From the NCBI GenBank assembly GCA_003344405.1, contig NOWV01000012.1, positions 248,001 to 312,000 of the forward strand: a stretch of DNA of 64,000 nucleotides. Reading direction: 5' to 3'. A program made the translations under genes and the position numbers. Shown here one piece after another: positions 51,811-64,000 of the stretch (positions are counted from its first letter, which is position 1; every line of letters starts with the position of its first letter). The notes under the pieces are model-generated. The model was not told the DNA's origin, searched no databases, and was given only the letters and a program-made list of their open reading frames with translations. The DNA comes from Trichoplax sp. H2. Taxonomy: Eukaryota.

Positions 51811-54800
51811 ATGAAGATGGCCGATGATACTTTGATGTCATGCGAAGGTTTCGAATTGTTCACTGCCCTACAAAATAGCGATACAGATGGGAGACACAAC
51901 GTTATGCAACATATCATGGAGTTAATGTGTGAATGGGCTAGAAATACTCAAGTTGATCTGGAGGACGAAACTAAATTAAAGCCTTATTTATGTACTCTAC
52001 TAAGAATATCTTACGAATGTCCGTATGAAGAAGAACGTCTGAAATGTCAAGAGTTATTACAGGATCTAAAGGTAAACCAATAGCATTTTTATTGTCATAA
52101 GCTGAAATCGTTTGAAGTTGAATCATCATGTTGGCACTAAACGATATTTGTGACGAAAGTATTGATTGTATCATACCAATCATTCAACGTTGGACTTCCC
52201 TTAAAATTGTACACTATCTGTCAAAATAGCCACAATCTTGCACAGACATACGTTGTGATAGGTCAGTTTAGCTTTTCAGCGCAAAAAACAACCTACAATT
52301 TTATTTGAATTTTGATACCAAATGACTAAGGTGAAAAAGAATGCATTCGATAGCTAAATGAATTTGAAATGAGCCCATATAAAATCGTGTTAGTACAGGC
52401 TGGTAGATACTGTAGTAAAAGAATTGACGAACGTACAATGACGAGTATTGCATCATTTTCAAGTCAATGCTCTATCTCGTACAAGTTTTTTTTTCACTAA
52501 TAGAACAGCTTCTGTATAATGAAGATTTGAATACAGATTCCTTGACATTAATTCATCATCAATGCTGTAGCTTCGACAAAAATTGGATCAAACATTCCAA
52601 TCGAACTTATTATTTTAACCTTAAAGTAATATGATTGAGGTTCTTTTGCTTTTTGCAGTGTATTTGCTACGTTGCACGGTGCACTCATTTGCTGAATCAG
52701 TAACTATGATTTGCACGATTCATGTTCATCAAATTCAACCTATTGCATTATCACGACACTCCTGGGATCAATGTTGTTCTCACTACTACTCTTGTTATGA
52801 ACATGAATTGAAACTAATGTTTTGTAGAATGCCATCATCATAAATAAATAATATTGTACAGTGCAAATAGCAACTCATCGGAATCGTTGTGAACTACTTT
52901 GCACCATACGTACATGATATATATATAATATCATGAAACCACTTACTGCTACATAATTACTGCTAACTTTCTATATTTAAATTTCTAGCTGTAACTACGC
53001 TCCAACGTATTACAAAAATCTGAGATAGTTGTTAATACACAATGGTATTGTAATACTATATTGTGTCGTAATTGGATTTTTATTGATTTGTCATCCATTA
53101 CAGAAATGAAGATTTTGAACTGACAGTATTAATATCTTAGTGTTGATACTACTGTCTACTGTATGTGCAACTGCTACTTATAACTAACCATCATGAAAAT
53201 TGATGGCATGATAACTACTGATAAACTAATACTGTACAGTACGGTATACGCGAAAGACACTATATAGTAATTTAAAATTTTTTAATCATGATTGTTTTGA
53301 TCATATAGTAGAATATCACCCAATCTTCTGTTCACTTTATTTAAATGATTGCCATGAATTACTTGACTGCCTGTGATAATAGTTGATAGACAACTCTATT
53401 CACTTAGTTCTAGTAGAACGATAGTTATTCGTATTTGATTGGTAGTAGTACAGAACTAGCGATTGATTGATCAATTACGAGTACAGTACATGTAGTACTC
53501 GTATATAGTGGGACAATTGGTAAATGATGTTGTATCATATTTGTTTTCTTTAATTTGCAATCTCTCTCTTTTACAGAATGAATACCACATCGACATTCCT
53601 AAAAGATTACAAAACAGGCCGTCGAAATTTGTAGATATCTCGGAGGTATTTGATAATTTATTGTACTGTACTATACTACTAGAATACGTGCTTGTTGGAT
53701 GTTAAAAAATGTAGTTTCATCTACTTTTTTCAATGTTGACCATGGAAAATACTAAACCTAGTTACATGTATGAGTCATAATTATTCCTATCACTCGCTTC
53801 CATCTTGGTGGGTTACTAATCGTATGAACACTGCACCATATTTTATGTACACGATAGTCATTCTATAACCATATTAAAAATTTTCAATCACTTTAAGGAA
53901 GCAGCTTTCATTTCAATATGCCCAACGTATTGGACAAGCTACAGTATATTAGGCGTTTAAAATTTTGATAGGATATTTTTGCGAAACGATTTATGCTTAA
54001 GAAGGGTGGCCGCGAATTGATATTTTAATTTATCTATGACAAGATCAGTGTACTGTAGTTTGATGATTGGGCGATGGATCGCTAGCATTCCGTATTAGCA
54101 ACGATGTCAAGAGTGCCAATTTGAGTGGGTGATTTGAAGGACTGACGAATAAATTAATCGACTGAGTGATAAACAAGTGGCTAAATGAAACTTGTTCAAT
54201 TTTGCTTCATAGTGTTGATCTATCCATAATATGCCATGCAATGGTCAAGATACACCTTGCATATTTTCCCCGCCAAATGATTCATCTTTGTCAGTTGAAC
54301 ACCATTAGCATGGTTGATCTGCATGCCAATTTAGCATCCTATCTAGTCTTGTGAGCGGTCGATGTTAAGTTATAGCATTGTTATTGCCCCTTTTATTGAA
54401 CGTTTCATCATTCCAATAGTGCGTTGGTCTACCTACTATTCACACTCTTGCAAAATACGTACCGCTTCTGATTTAGAACTATATCAACATTATTCCTTTT
54501 ATCTAAATATGCATTTCCTGTAAGTTAACGTTAACATATATTAAGTCATCCACTTTTACGGACATATGCACGATATATATATATAACGTATTCGAGGAGA
54601 AAAGTAAAGATTTCACCCACTCATTTCTATGCGCCGTAACTTCCTCATTATACTGTACAACGAATCACGTACAATGGAATAATCTGTCTGTACACACTTA
54701 TAACGCCTACTTTTATTGATCCGAGTATGTACTTTACAACATTACATACGTTTTTGTATATTTTTAGAAGCGCACGGGACACGGCACAGGGCTTGAATTA

Positions 54801-57800
54801 ATTCAATCCCTTTGTCAGTTTTCAGTGCGTGGATCACGTACGATAGAAAGATCCATGGCAAAGTTCTTGTTCACTTTTACTGTTCATGCAGATCGATGTG
54901 TTCGTGAATGAAGGGATAAAGAATTGCAAGTTCTGTAGCCACAGTACGTAACAGTATCGTAGTTAACGAATGCAATGCCCAACAAGTTGACGGATCAATG
55001 TGACAAGGTTGATCAATTATATTTTATTTTAGTCTATTCGTGTGATGGATTACTATCGATTTTAGACTAGAGTATAACATCTTCAACAAATAGGGTTGAT
55101 TTCTGCAAAATAGTTGGATTTAGTTTATTTATTTTATTTTTCTTTGAGTTATTTTTCAAGTTCAAAGCACGGCATGTTCAATGTGAGAGATCTCGATCTT
55201 GTAAAAGCCGATAAAGATGATGCAATATCCGCTTTCGTTCTTTACTGCGCATGTTTTCTTGCTTGCCAACTTCATTGTCATTAATTGAGAGAGACAATAC
55301 ATTTCTACAGTACGCAGTACAGTACAGTGCACTATAGTCTGTTGAGAGAGATAAAAGAAAACTTTTTATGCGTTACTCTAAACATCGCTCTGAACAAGAC
55401 TAGCTGTAGCAGTACAGTACACGTACGTGACGACAACGACTGTCATGAACTTCTAGAGGCGTCTGGAAGTCCGTGACACTGTGCACTGTAAAATTAGAAT
55501 ACCAAATACTGTAGCTGATGAAAGTTGAATGAATGCAACAATAAAATCCTACAGTACTGTACTGTATTCAAGAGCTTCTTGCACCAGTACAGTACACGTA
55601 CAGTACTGTACAGTACGTGACTACAACGACTGTCATGAATTTCTAGAGGTATCTGGAAGTCCGTAACACTATGCACTGTAAAACTAGAATACCAAATACT
55701 GTAGCTGATGAAAGCTGAATGAATGCAACAATAAAATCCTACAGTACTGTGTACTGTATTCAAGAGCTTCTTACTATATTGTACTGTACTGTAGTTCACC
55801 AAGAATATACTGTGGGAGTGTATATCAATGACGCAACATCGACCATTTCTTTCACTTTAAAATCAGAAAATTCTCCTAGCAAATTTGTAGACTAAAGAAA
55901 GATACGTTTAACTTGCGACATTGTACCAAACTCATTTTCTTTTACACTGAAGAATCAGTATTAATTGTCATGTAAAGCTCGTTCAGTAGATCGAGTTGGC
56001 TGGTGTTAGTTATCGTAGACAAGTATGCTCTGCAATTTGAAATTATTTTATTGTTAATTTAGCATAGTGTACTAGATAAGAAATTATCGAGAGTAAAAAT
56101 GATCAAATTGTTGTTATCTTCTACTATTCACTATTAATATGCTTATTATCACCTTTTGTTGTCATAGATTGAAGTGTATAAAACCATGGAGGAATCGGTA
56201 ATTTATTGTTTTTCTGCTATATTTTACCCAATATAGAAAAAATATTGTAGCTAGACTTTTACCCCTAAATAAGTTTGCAATTATAAAATAACATGATAGC
56301 AAATAGTTTCCTTGATAATCTCCTCGACATGTAATATGAATTCTTGGCCTTGTTCTACTTATGCATCTCATATAGGTTCAAAATCTTTTTATTGAATCCT
56401 ACCTTACTACTGGTAGGATTACCAACATTGCAAGGGTAATGTCTTGTCATCCGAAATATATGAAAATATTCCAGGAAACTCATAATCAGTTGTTTTATGG
56501 CCCTGGACTATTACCTCATCATTGGAGGCATTACATTGCTATATTGGTAAGGAAGGGCAGGCCTATCAAAGGAATCAAGCCTAATAATTTAGTTTACAAT
56601 AATATGCTTATCACCATTTCAACTACATAAACTGCTTCAGAATTCAATCTATGCACAATGATACAACTAGAAGTGAATAATTAGGACATTCTCTGATATA
56701 GCTTTTAAATACATTTCTTATATGAATATTTTGATAGGCCGCTAGTAGGCATAACTGCTTGTATATGATGCAGTTACACGCGGAAGCGTTTCGATTATAC
56801 CAGAGAGATATCCACTGGTTGAAAGGATTAAGCAATGCTTCGCAAAAATTGATCAATTTCGAGGATTTACTCAATCGTCTGACTTATCAACCATGGACAA
56901 TACAAAAAGAGCACATCGATGTATGCAGCAAAATTACTACTTGAAAAATAATAAATAATCTATATAATCAATCACTACTCCCAATATGAGTATAGACAAG
57001 ATTATTATTTTTAATTTTAACAGGAGCTTGTAGTAGGGGAAAGTGCTTGGTCTATTTCCGAATTGGTACAGGCTGTTGTTATTGTTAGTCATGTAGTGTC
57101 AGTGGTAGGATTTTATTACGGATGTGGAATACATGATGAAATTGACTTCAAGGATGGACATACGTATTCTGAAATGGCTGCTAATGGAAAGAATGATGAG
57201 GATAATTTAGTTCATGCAATGAATCAAACCAAGAAAAAGCTAGATATAACTGATGAAGAAAAACGTCAAAAATTACTTGCAGTCATGTCGGAATATAAAA
57301 GTTTACAAGAACGTCATGAATTACTATCTGAAGATAAAGTGCTAGAAGAAATTGAACTTTTCTTTCGACAAGAAAGTTAGTTTTTTAGGATTGATATTTA
57401 TTTGGCGTATAATAATAATTAATTAATTATTCGTATCGCTACCGTACACAAATGATAACATAATTATAGAGATTGATTATTAAAATTGTTATGGATGCAT
57501 AAAATTACTAGTAGAATTATTCATTATTTTAATCGCTCTTTCTAAATTCTCTATTGTAGAAAATTTTAACGTAACCAGATATTTCTAAATACTTTCATAT
57601 TAAAAGCATGTATTTGGTAATACTCAAATGTTGTTCATACATTTTTCATAGCTGACCATTTGGCCGACGAATCAGAAATAGAGGATACCAAAATTTCTAT
57701 AATTGATAACTTTATGGACAACAGATCTATTGAACAATCGACCGATTTTGCCAAATTAAGTTTAGAAGATAGACAACAGATGGCATTACGCACTCAAGTA

Positions 57801-58573
57801 CGTATCAGGCTATATCTCAAATGTAATTAAAAAAAATATTTCATCAACTTAAATTTTTATAATCTTGCATTATCTATTTAACAGGAGTTTTCTTGGGAAG
57901 ATCAAGGATTTTCTGTAGTTAGTCGATACTATAACGATATTATCGAATTACTGGATGAAAAATTTCGAATAATCTATAATTTAACTTATAACAAGTAAGA
58001 TGATGCAATTATCAAGTGACTACCAGCTTTGCTATTATAGATAATGATTTTATAAACTCTTTTATTGCAGAATGGGTGATACTACTAATACAGACACAAA
58101 AGTATTGAGAACAGCGGTCTGGAATTATATTCAAATGATGAAAGGCGTATGGGATGACTATCTCTATACATCCATTAACAAACTAGTTGCAACAGACTTC
58201 AAGCAGTATATTAAAATGGTATGAATTCGCTATTGAATGGGAAATAATTGTTACCATTGCTATCATATTAATCTCTCGAATTGGTATACAGGTTGCATGC
58301 AAACCGGAAAAGACTTCCCAATACTTATTTCACTCCGGTGTTTATTTATATAATGGATCCGAACAGGTAATTTTATCCTTGATATATTGAAAAATATCGC
58401 TCAAATATTGTATCCTACTTAAAATATAGCCACTAGACAGTATTTACCTTGCTTAATTGATAGTCATTATGTTCAAATTGTAGGTCCATCTAAATCTGCT
58501 ATTCCTGGAATCTCGAAATCAAGCACAACTCCTACACGCTTTACGCGCAATTATGCAGCATTCGCTTGCGTGA
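51811..58573 (+). CDS. SESN: Sestrin (PA26 family), ~544 aa, 11 exons
   Basis: Exons 51811-52071, 53577-53645, 56168-56197, 56376-56546, 56738-56920, 57024-57375, 57652-57797, 57885-57994, 58071-58218, 58292-58366, 58484-58573. Motifs [89 protein letters not shown]. The start could alternatively be ATG 51817. Confidence 0.92.
54770..54946 (+). ncRNA. Candidate structured intronic RNA (three hairpins, 3' ACA) in sestrin intron 2; family not identified
   Basis: Hairpin 1 (54770-54830): GCGCAC/GTGCGT, GGCA/TGTC, AGGG/CCCT, TTGAAT/ATTCAA. Hairpin 2: TGGATC/GATCCA. Hairpin 3: AGTTCTT/AAGAATT, GTTCATG/CGTGAAT. The many G-U pairs work only on the + strand. ATAGAA at 54843-54848 and ACA at 54941-54943. 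Confidence 0.35.
55410..55772 (+). repeat. Tandem duplication (171 bp + 188 bp) embedded in a TA(CAGTA|CTGTA)n array in sestrin intron 2
   Basis: Copies 55410-55580 and 55585-55772 share ACAACGACTGTCATGAA..TCTGGAAGTCCGT..GCTGATGAAAG..CAAGAGCTTCTT. Copy 2 has 15 extra nt at 55601-55615. Confidence 0.9.
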
Positions 58574-59945
58574 TGCAATGAGTGAGATGAATATAATTTT
58601 TGTCATAAAAGAAAAAAATCATAGCTACTTCTTGAATGGCTAGTCGATAATTTTGCAGGAGTCACTGACTACACCACAGTAGTAATATCTTTAAAAAAAA
58701 ATAAATACGATACTACTGTAATTTGGTATTTTGTCAATGCTTCTCCTCCCAAAAATTTACGTACAAATTTAACTTTTGTATGGCATAGTAATTACATTCT
58801 TTCAGCATGTATCTTTAAATACAATCTAATTTAAAATATTTTCACGTAACCTGAAAAATTGTATGATTTCAATTTATGATAGATACCTAGTATCTGTTAT
58901 ACCTTAAATTCTTTCTAATTCCAGAAATTCAAGAAAATTATTTTTAAGCTAATGTCTCCGTGCTATTAATAACAATCATTATGCTATAATTGTATTATTT
59001 TCCAAAATAATACAATAGATGCGTTTCACTGCATTGACAATCTTATAATTTAAGATTTGAAATTGCTTTACTGCATTAATAGGAGTGAATTGGATGATAT
59101 TAAAATCTCATAAATAGTTGACGAAAAACAAGTAACTGACTTGAAGAATAAAATTTGTAACCTAAATATACTTTCTTATAACAAAACTTATATATGTGCG
59201 AGCCGTTGCTCCTAAGTGAATAAGTACTTCTTATTATCTGTAGTTAAAAAAAGGGGGCACTCTTAGAGTGTATTCGATACCGCTATGCATAGTAGTCTAT
59301 GAAGGCATTACTATGATTTCAGATTACATAAAAATAATACAATAATAATAATTGGGTGCTTCATCTAAGAAGGATATTGTTATTAATCGATGTTAACTTG
59401 GCTTTATTAATTGCCAGAGTATTTATATGCCGTACGTACTTTCTCGAGTGTGCACCGTAAAACTCACATTTAAGAACTACTATAAACTATTATTATTAAT
59501 TACTATTTATGACCCTTTCATGCAATTTAAATGCAAGATATTATCACAAAGAATAGATAGGCTTTATTACTATCACATGATATTTGATGTATTAAATTAA
59601 AATACTTGATATGTTAACGCCTGCCCAAAACATTACAAAAAAATGTTATCAGCATTTGCATTAAAAAATGCCATATTACTATTACTATTACCTTCTACGT
59701 TAATTTTCATTATGGTTATACGAAAAGGCACCTCGATACCGTAACGAGTTATGATTCACTACGCTTTAAAATAAAAGTACATTGCAATATATTATGACCG
59801 TTAAGTCAATTAACGTATTTGTACGTAAACAGAAATTAGGTAATACAATTCTGTTTATAGTACTAGTCAGAACTATGCAAATGCTGGCGACAATGTAATA
59901 CTTGCATAGTTTTTATAAGTCTGACAATTGTCAAAGATATACGGC

Positions 59946-62900
59946 CTATGGTGTCAGGCGTTTTGGATCACGCGGGAACATCGAAGTCTTCCGGATATTA
60001 TCCAATCCAAGATATAACATCAGCACGCGTTCCATTCCTAATGTTAGGAGATAAATTAATAAATATAGCGCAATAAAATTTTTCAACATAGTACGTAAAT
60101 GTTGCTAACCTATACCACCACCAGCATGAGGGAAACAACCAAATTTGAAGGAATCAATGTAAGCCTTAATTTTTTCCAAGTCTAAGTGAAATACACGGTA
60201 CGATGTATATGACTAACTGAAATTGTCATAGTGGGGACTAAATTACCTTTCTAGTCAAGCATAATAAAAATCGTAATGCCTTACCAACACTATGGAGTTT
60301 AGCCCTTTCTGTTAAAAATTCGGGATCGTGTATTCGCTGAGCACCCGATAAGATCTCTTCGCCCCTCATGAACATATCATACGAATTTGATTGTTTCTAT
60401 AGTAACGATCATACCGAGTATCACATGATTGTAATATTAAACTTCATCATAAGAACAATAGTTAGGAAAACTTACAGGATTATTTGGATCCGGCATAGTA
60501 TAAAATGGCCTAACTGCCAAAGGATACTTGTCAAGCATATAAAAATCTGTTCCATACTAAATACATAAGTCAAGTAAAGTATTATTATCAGAAAAAATTA
60601 TGATTAGAATCGTAAGCAACGCCACAATTGGTTAGGTTACCTTAGCCTTCACCAGCTTTCCAAGGAATTTCTCATTAGGAGTGCTATTGTTAATGTTAGA
60701 CATCAGTACATTGATGATTTGTTAAAGAACAACACACAATTTAATCAACGATCTTTATTAGTGATGTTGATTAAAAAACAACGAATATGTGTTCTTATAT
60801 ACTGTATTACGAATAGTATCAGTTAACTGCCTTTAAGTATCACGGTGAGAAGAATTGCAAAGTTTAAGCAAAATCTTCATATACTAATGCTAGATTTACC
60901 TCAAATCATCTTCATCACCTATTTCTACGCCATTCTCGCGGAGCATAGAAACAGCTTCAGGAAATTCCAATCGGAGGCTAAGAATGATTATTTGCAATAA
61001 ATAAAATCTTTTTCAGCCACGGTACAAAATATACTTCTTGATAATTAAATTTGTAGAGTTAATTTATTACACAAATACTCACGTCGGCTCAATAAATTGA
61101 AAAGGCTCAGCAGGAAATTGCTTCATTACTACAGCTATTTCTTCAGCGAAACTAAAACGAAGTCATAATTTATACTTTAATTGTACTGCAGTGGAATGTA
61201 ATTATAACTATTTTCAAGTAATTCTTTCAACTTACTTGTCTCTTAAACCTTTAAATATAGAGATAAATAATTCTCCGATGGTTTCTAATACCTAAACATC
61301 AGGTATTATTCGGTGTAACAATGATATTAAAATGAAAGTTAACGTCTGGAGTTCCCAACATATAACAATGCTAGATACACCATACCTCATGATAATGTTC
61401 GTAGAAAGCCATTTCCAAGTCCAAACCAACAAATTCGCATAAATGTCTGTGAGTATTAGAATCTTCCGCTCTGAAGACTCCTCCTACAGTAAAGACTCTG
61501 TCAAAGTCTCCTGCAATTGCCATTTGTTTGTATAGCTGGGGTGATTGTGCTAAATAAGCCTTTCCTACGCAACAAATTTTCCTATGTTACACCGAAATGT
61601 TTAAATAGGAAATGCCTTTTAGTTACTCCTTACCTTTAAAGTAAGATACTTCAAAAACATTTGCACCGCCTTCACTGGCAGCTAGTGGGAAAAATATACA
61701 CATTAAAGAATTGCATTTAATAATAATTTAAAGATATTGAGAAATATCTATTGTAGTTATTAATAATTAATCAATTCACAAACCGGAAATGATTTTTGGA
61801 GTATGAATTTCAACAAAGCCCTTAGAAGTTAAATGATCGCGAAATAGTTTGCATAAAGCTGCTTCAAGCTTGAAGAGAGCTTGATTAGTTGGTGTCTAAA
61901 ACCGTAAGCAGGAATAGTACAAAGTTATCTATTTAGCTAATTGTCTACATAATTTAAATTAATAAAATTTCTTATAACTGTACCCGTAAATCGATTATGC
62001 GGTTATCAAGACGAGTATCTTGATTGACATGAGCCAAAGAACTATCCTAAAATCAATTATATTAAAGATTTTTGTTGCTATTAAGAAAAACAGTACTATC
62101 AATGTTATTTGTCACTTATGTAGGAGCAGTAGTTAGTATCAAATGTTCTAAATAGAGAAAAATTTAAATTTTAAGGTTTTGTTAGAATACCTCAGAAGAT
62201 TGGTCAACACTTCTAGAAGCATCATCAATTTGTAATGGCAATCTAGGAGCGGCAAGACTTGCAACAAACAACTAAAATAGCCAAATATATAAGGACAAAT
62301 TAGTTGCAGGATGTAACTAATACAGGTAAATAATTATAACTTGTATAAATAAAGAATACGTATGTACGAGTATTCTCTCAAACCGTTACCTTATTGATAT
62401 GTAATTCAACATCTTGTTGACTGCATGCTTCAATCTTAGTTGTAACTGCCTTGACGATACCTTCGACATCGACAACAGACTCTTTGTTTACACTGGTTAA
62501 TAAGCAAAGTAATACATGCAATCAGTTAAGCAATAAAAATGTGGTGCAATAACATGACAAAGTAAAATGATACAATTTTGAACATGCTCATAGGATAGAT
62601 TAATAAAAGCAAATAATTACTTCGATGCGAATTTAACCATGGCTTTGCTGACAGTTTCACTAACTGCTGCAATACCTTGAATACTGTAACTTTGTTGCCT
62701 TAAAACTAAGAAACATTGTTTTCCTATAATAGTGTAATATAAGTTATGATGGTTAATAATTATTAGAATAATAACGTGTATTATAAATAAATTTTTCGTA
62801 ATTGTCCATAAATATAGACCTTTGCCACGGCTGTTATGTAATCTAGCTCGAAGAAGCACAGATTGTCCCGCCACTTTTTCATTCAAATCGCGAATCTTGG

Positions 62901-63864
62901 ACCATTTGCGACCTGTACAAAAATGTCGAATTTTGTCCAGATACTTAAAAAGTTTGGAACTAAGTTTTGATAACATTACTTTCATCTTACATTATTCTGC
63001 GTCTCTTGTGAATATTATATCATATCAAGGTACACAGTGCGATACATGGAACATACTTGGCAACATGATTGGTGTAAAATGTGATATGAGAACGTAGCTA
63101 TAACTATATGAACTTAGTTCTATTTGTAGTCGTAAAAAAATATATACAGTGTTGCAAGATCTGTACAATAGTACTAAGAGGTAGTACCTGTTTTCTCTGT
63201 CGACTGTATTAACTTCATGATCCCATAATTGTCTTTAGAAACATCCTAAGAGAAATAGGCGAGTAACAATGGGACACACAATTAAGATAAGCTATCAGAT
63301 ATCGATAAATCCTGTAGCAATTTGTCGTAATTATAATTATCTAACACACGACTGATTAAGGCAATTTAACTGCTTAATAACTTAAAGAAATGACGCTAGG
63401 CTGGCATAAAAGCATAAGGGTTTAAATAGGGTTGTAGTTATACCAATTTCAACGTTTCACTTGCACTAGGTACAGTATTGTCGTTATCATGTTTAGTGAT
63501 TTATCTCTGTTGCGGCTAATATCGGCAGTAAAATACGGACTACCGGTACTATTGGTACTACTTGGATAAATTCGGTGTAATACAGCGAATACCAATAATA
63601 ACTGTCTAATATTCATATAAATTGATAATCCTGCTAAAGCAAATAGCTGTATCATCTCTATATTACTATCAATAAATATAAACACAATATGTGAAATAAG
63701 GACTGCAAAAATAGAATTAATGAGCGGAAATCTTTCCTTTGTATCAGATAGTATCAAAATCTATCATTTATAACTGTTACTAATCACTACTTCATTGAAG
63801 TTTGTTACAAAACATGAAGTGCTACAGTACATACCTCTGCATCTGCTTCGGCTGCTTCAGCACC
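59946..63864 (-). CDS. DARS1: Cytoplasmic aspartate--tRNA ligase, 5'-partial (first exon(s) beyond the window end)
   Basis: Multi-exon: [145 protein letters not shown], and C-terminal [10 protein letters not shown] (TAG at 59948-59946). Confidence 0.96.
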
Positions 63865-64000
63865 CTGTAGAGAAAAATATCAGTAATGAGCGCAAAATCA
63901 TTATGCACCAACATTTTTTCTGCGTTTTAAAGTATACAGTAGCAAAACTCCACGTGCTATCAGCTTGCAACAGAATTAGTTATAGCAACTAACAAATACT

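Noticed and set aside
55507-55556. Hammerhead-like arrangement in the tandem repeat (TACTGTAG-CTGATGA-stem-AAAA-TC-CTACAGTA), suggesting a retrozyme
   Set aside because: It lacks the invariant GAAA and has no room for stem III. The closing stem arises trivially from the local TACAGTA/TACTGTA motifs.
60519-60527. GTATCCTTT on the minus strand as a second U12 donor
   Set aside because: It lies within the conserved coding motif [11 protein letters not shown] of DARS1.

Overview
AT-rich, intron-dense eukaryotic DNA from a compact animal genome. The short GT-AG introns and gene set suggest a non-bilaterian such as a placozoan (Trichoplax-like), but that is my inference. I reconstructed eight protein-coding genes by hand, on strictly alternating strands: an ARHGAP20-like RBD-DH-PH-RA-RhoGAP protein (+), CEP97 (-), CDC40/PRP17 (+), an intronless SAP18 (-), an uncharacterised PXLE-motif/STI1-domain protein (+), RPL13A (-), a sestrin (+) and DARS1 (-, 5' end outside the window). 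The most striking non-coding signal is a set of TA(CAGTA|CTGTA)n arrays at all three head-to-head promoters and inside sestrin intron 2. Local duplications show CAGTA/CTGTA pentamers appearing at TA sites that lacked a prior repeat. This matches the canonical Tc1/mariner excision footprint, so the arrays may record repeated transposon insertion and excision in open chromatin. Other highlights are a U12-type intron in CEP97 with 15 nt of complementarity to the U6atac 5' end, a G-U-rich multi-hairpin element in sestrin intron 2, and a sestrin with an altered leucine pocket. No rRNA, tRNA, CRISPR array or transposase gene was recognised. All comparisons to human sequences are from memory and need database confirmation.
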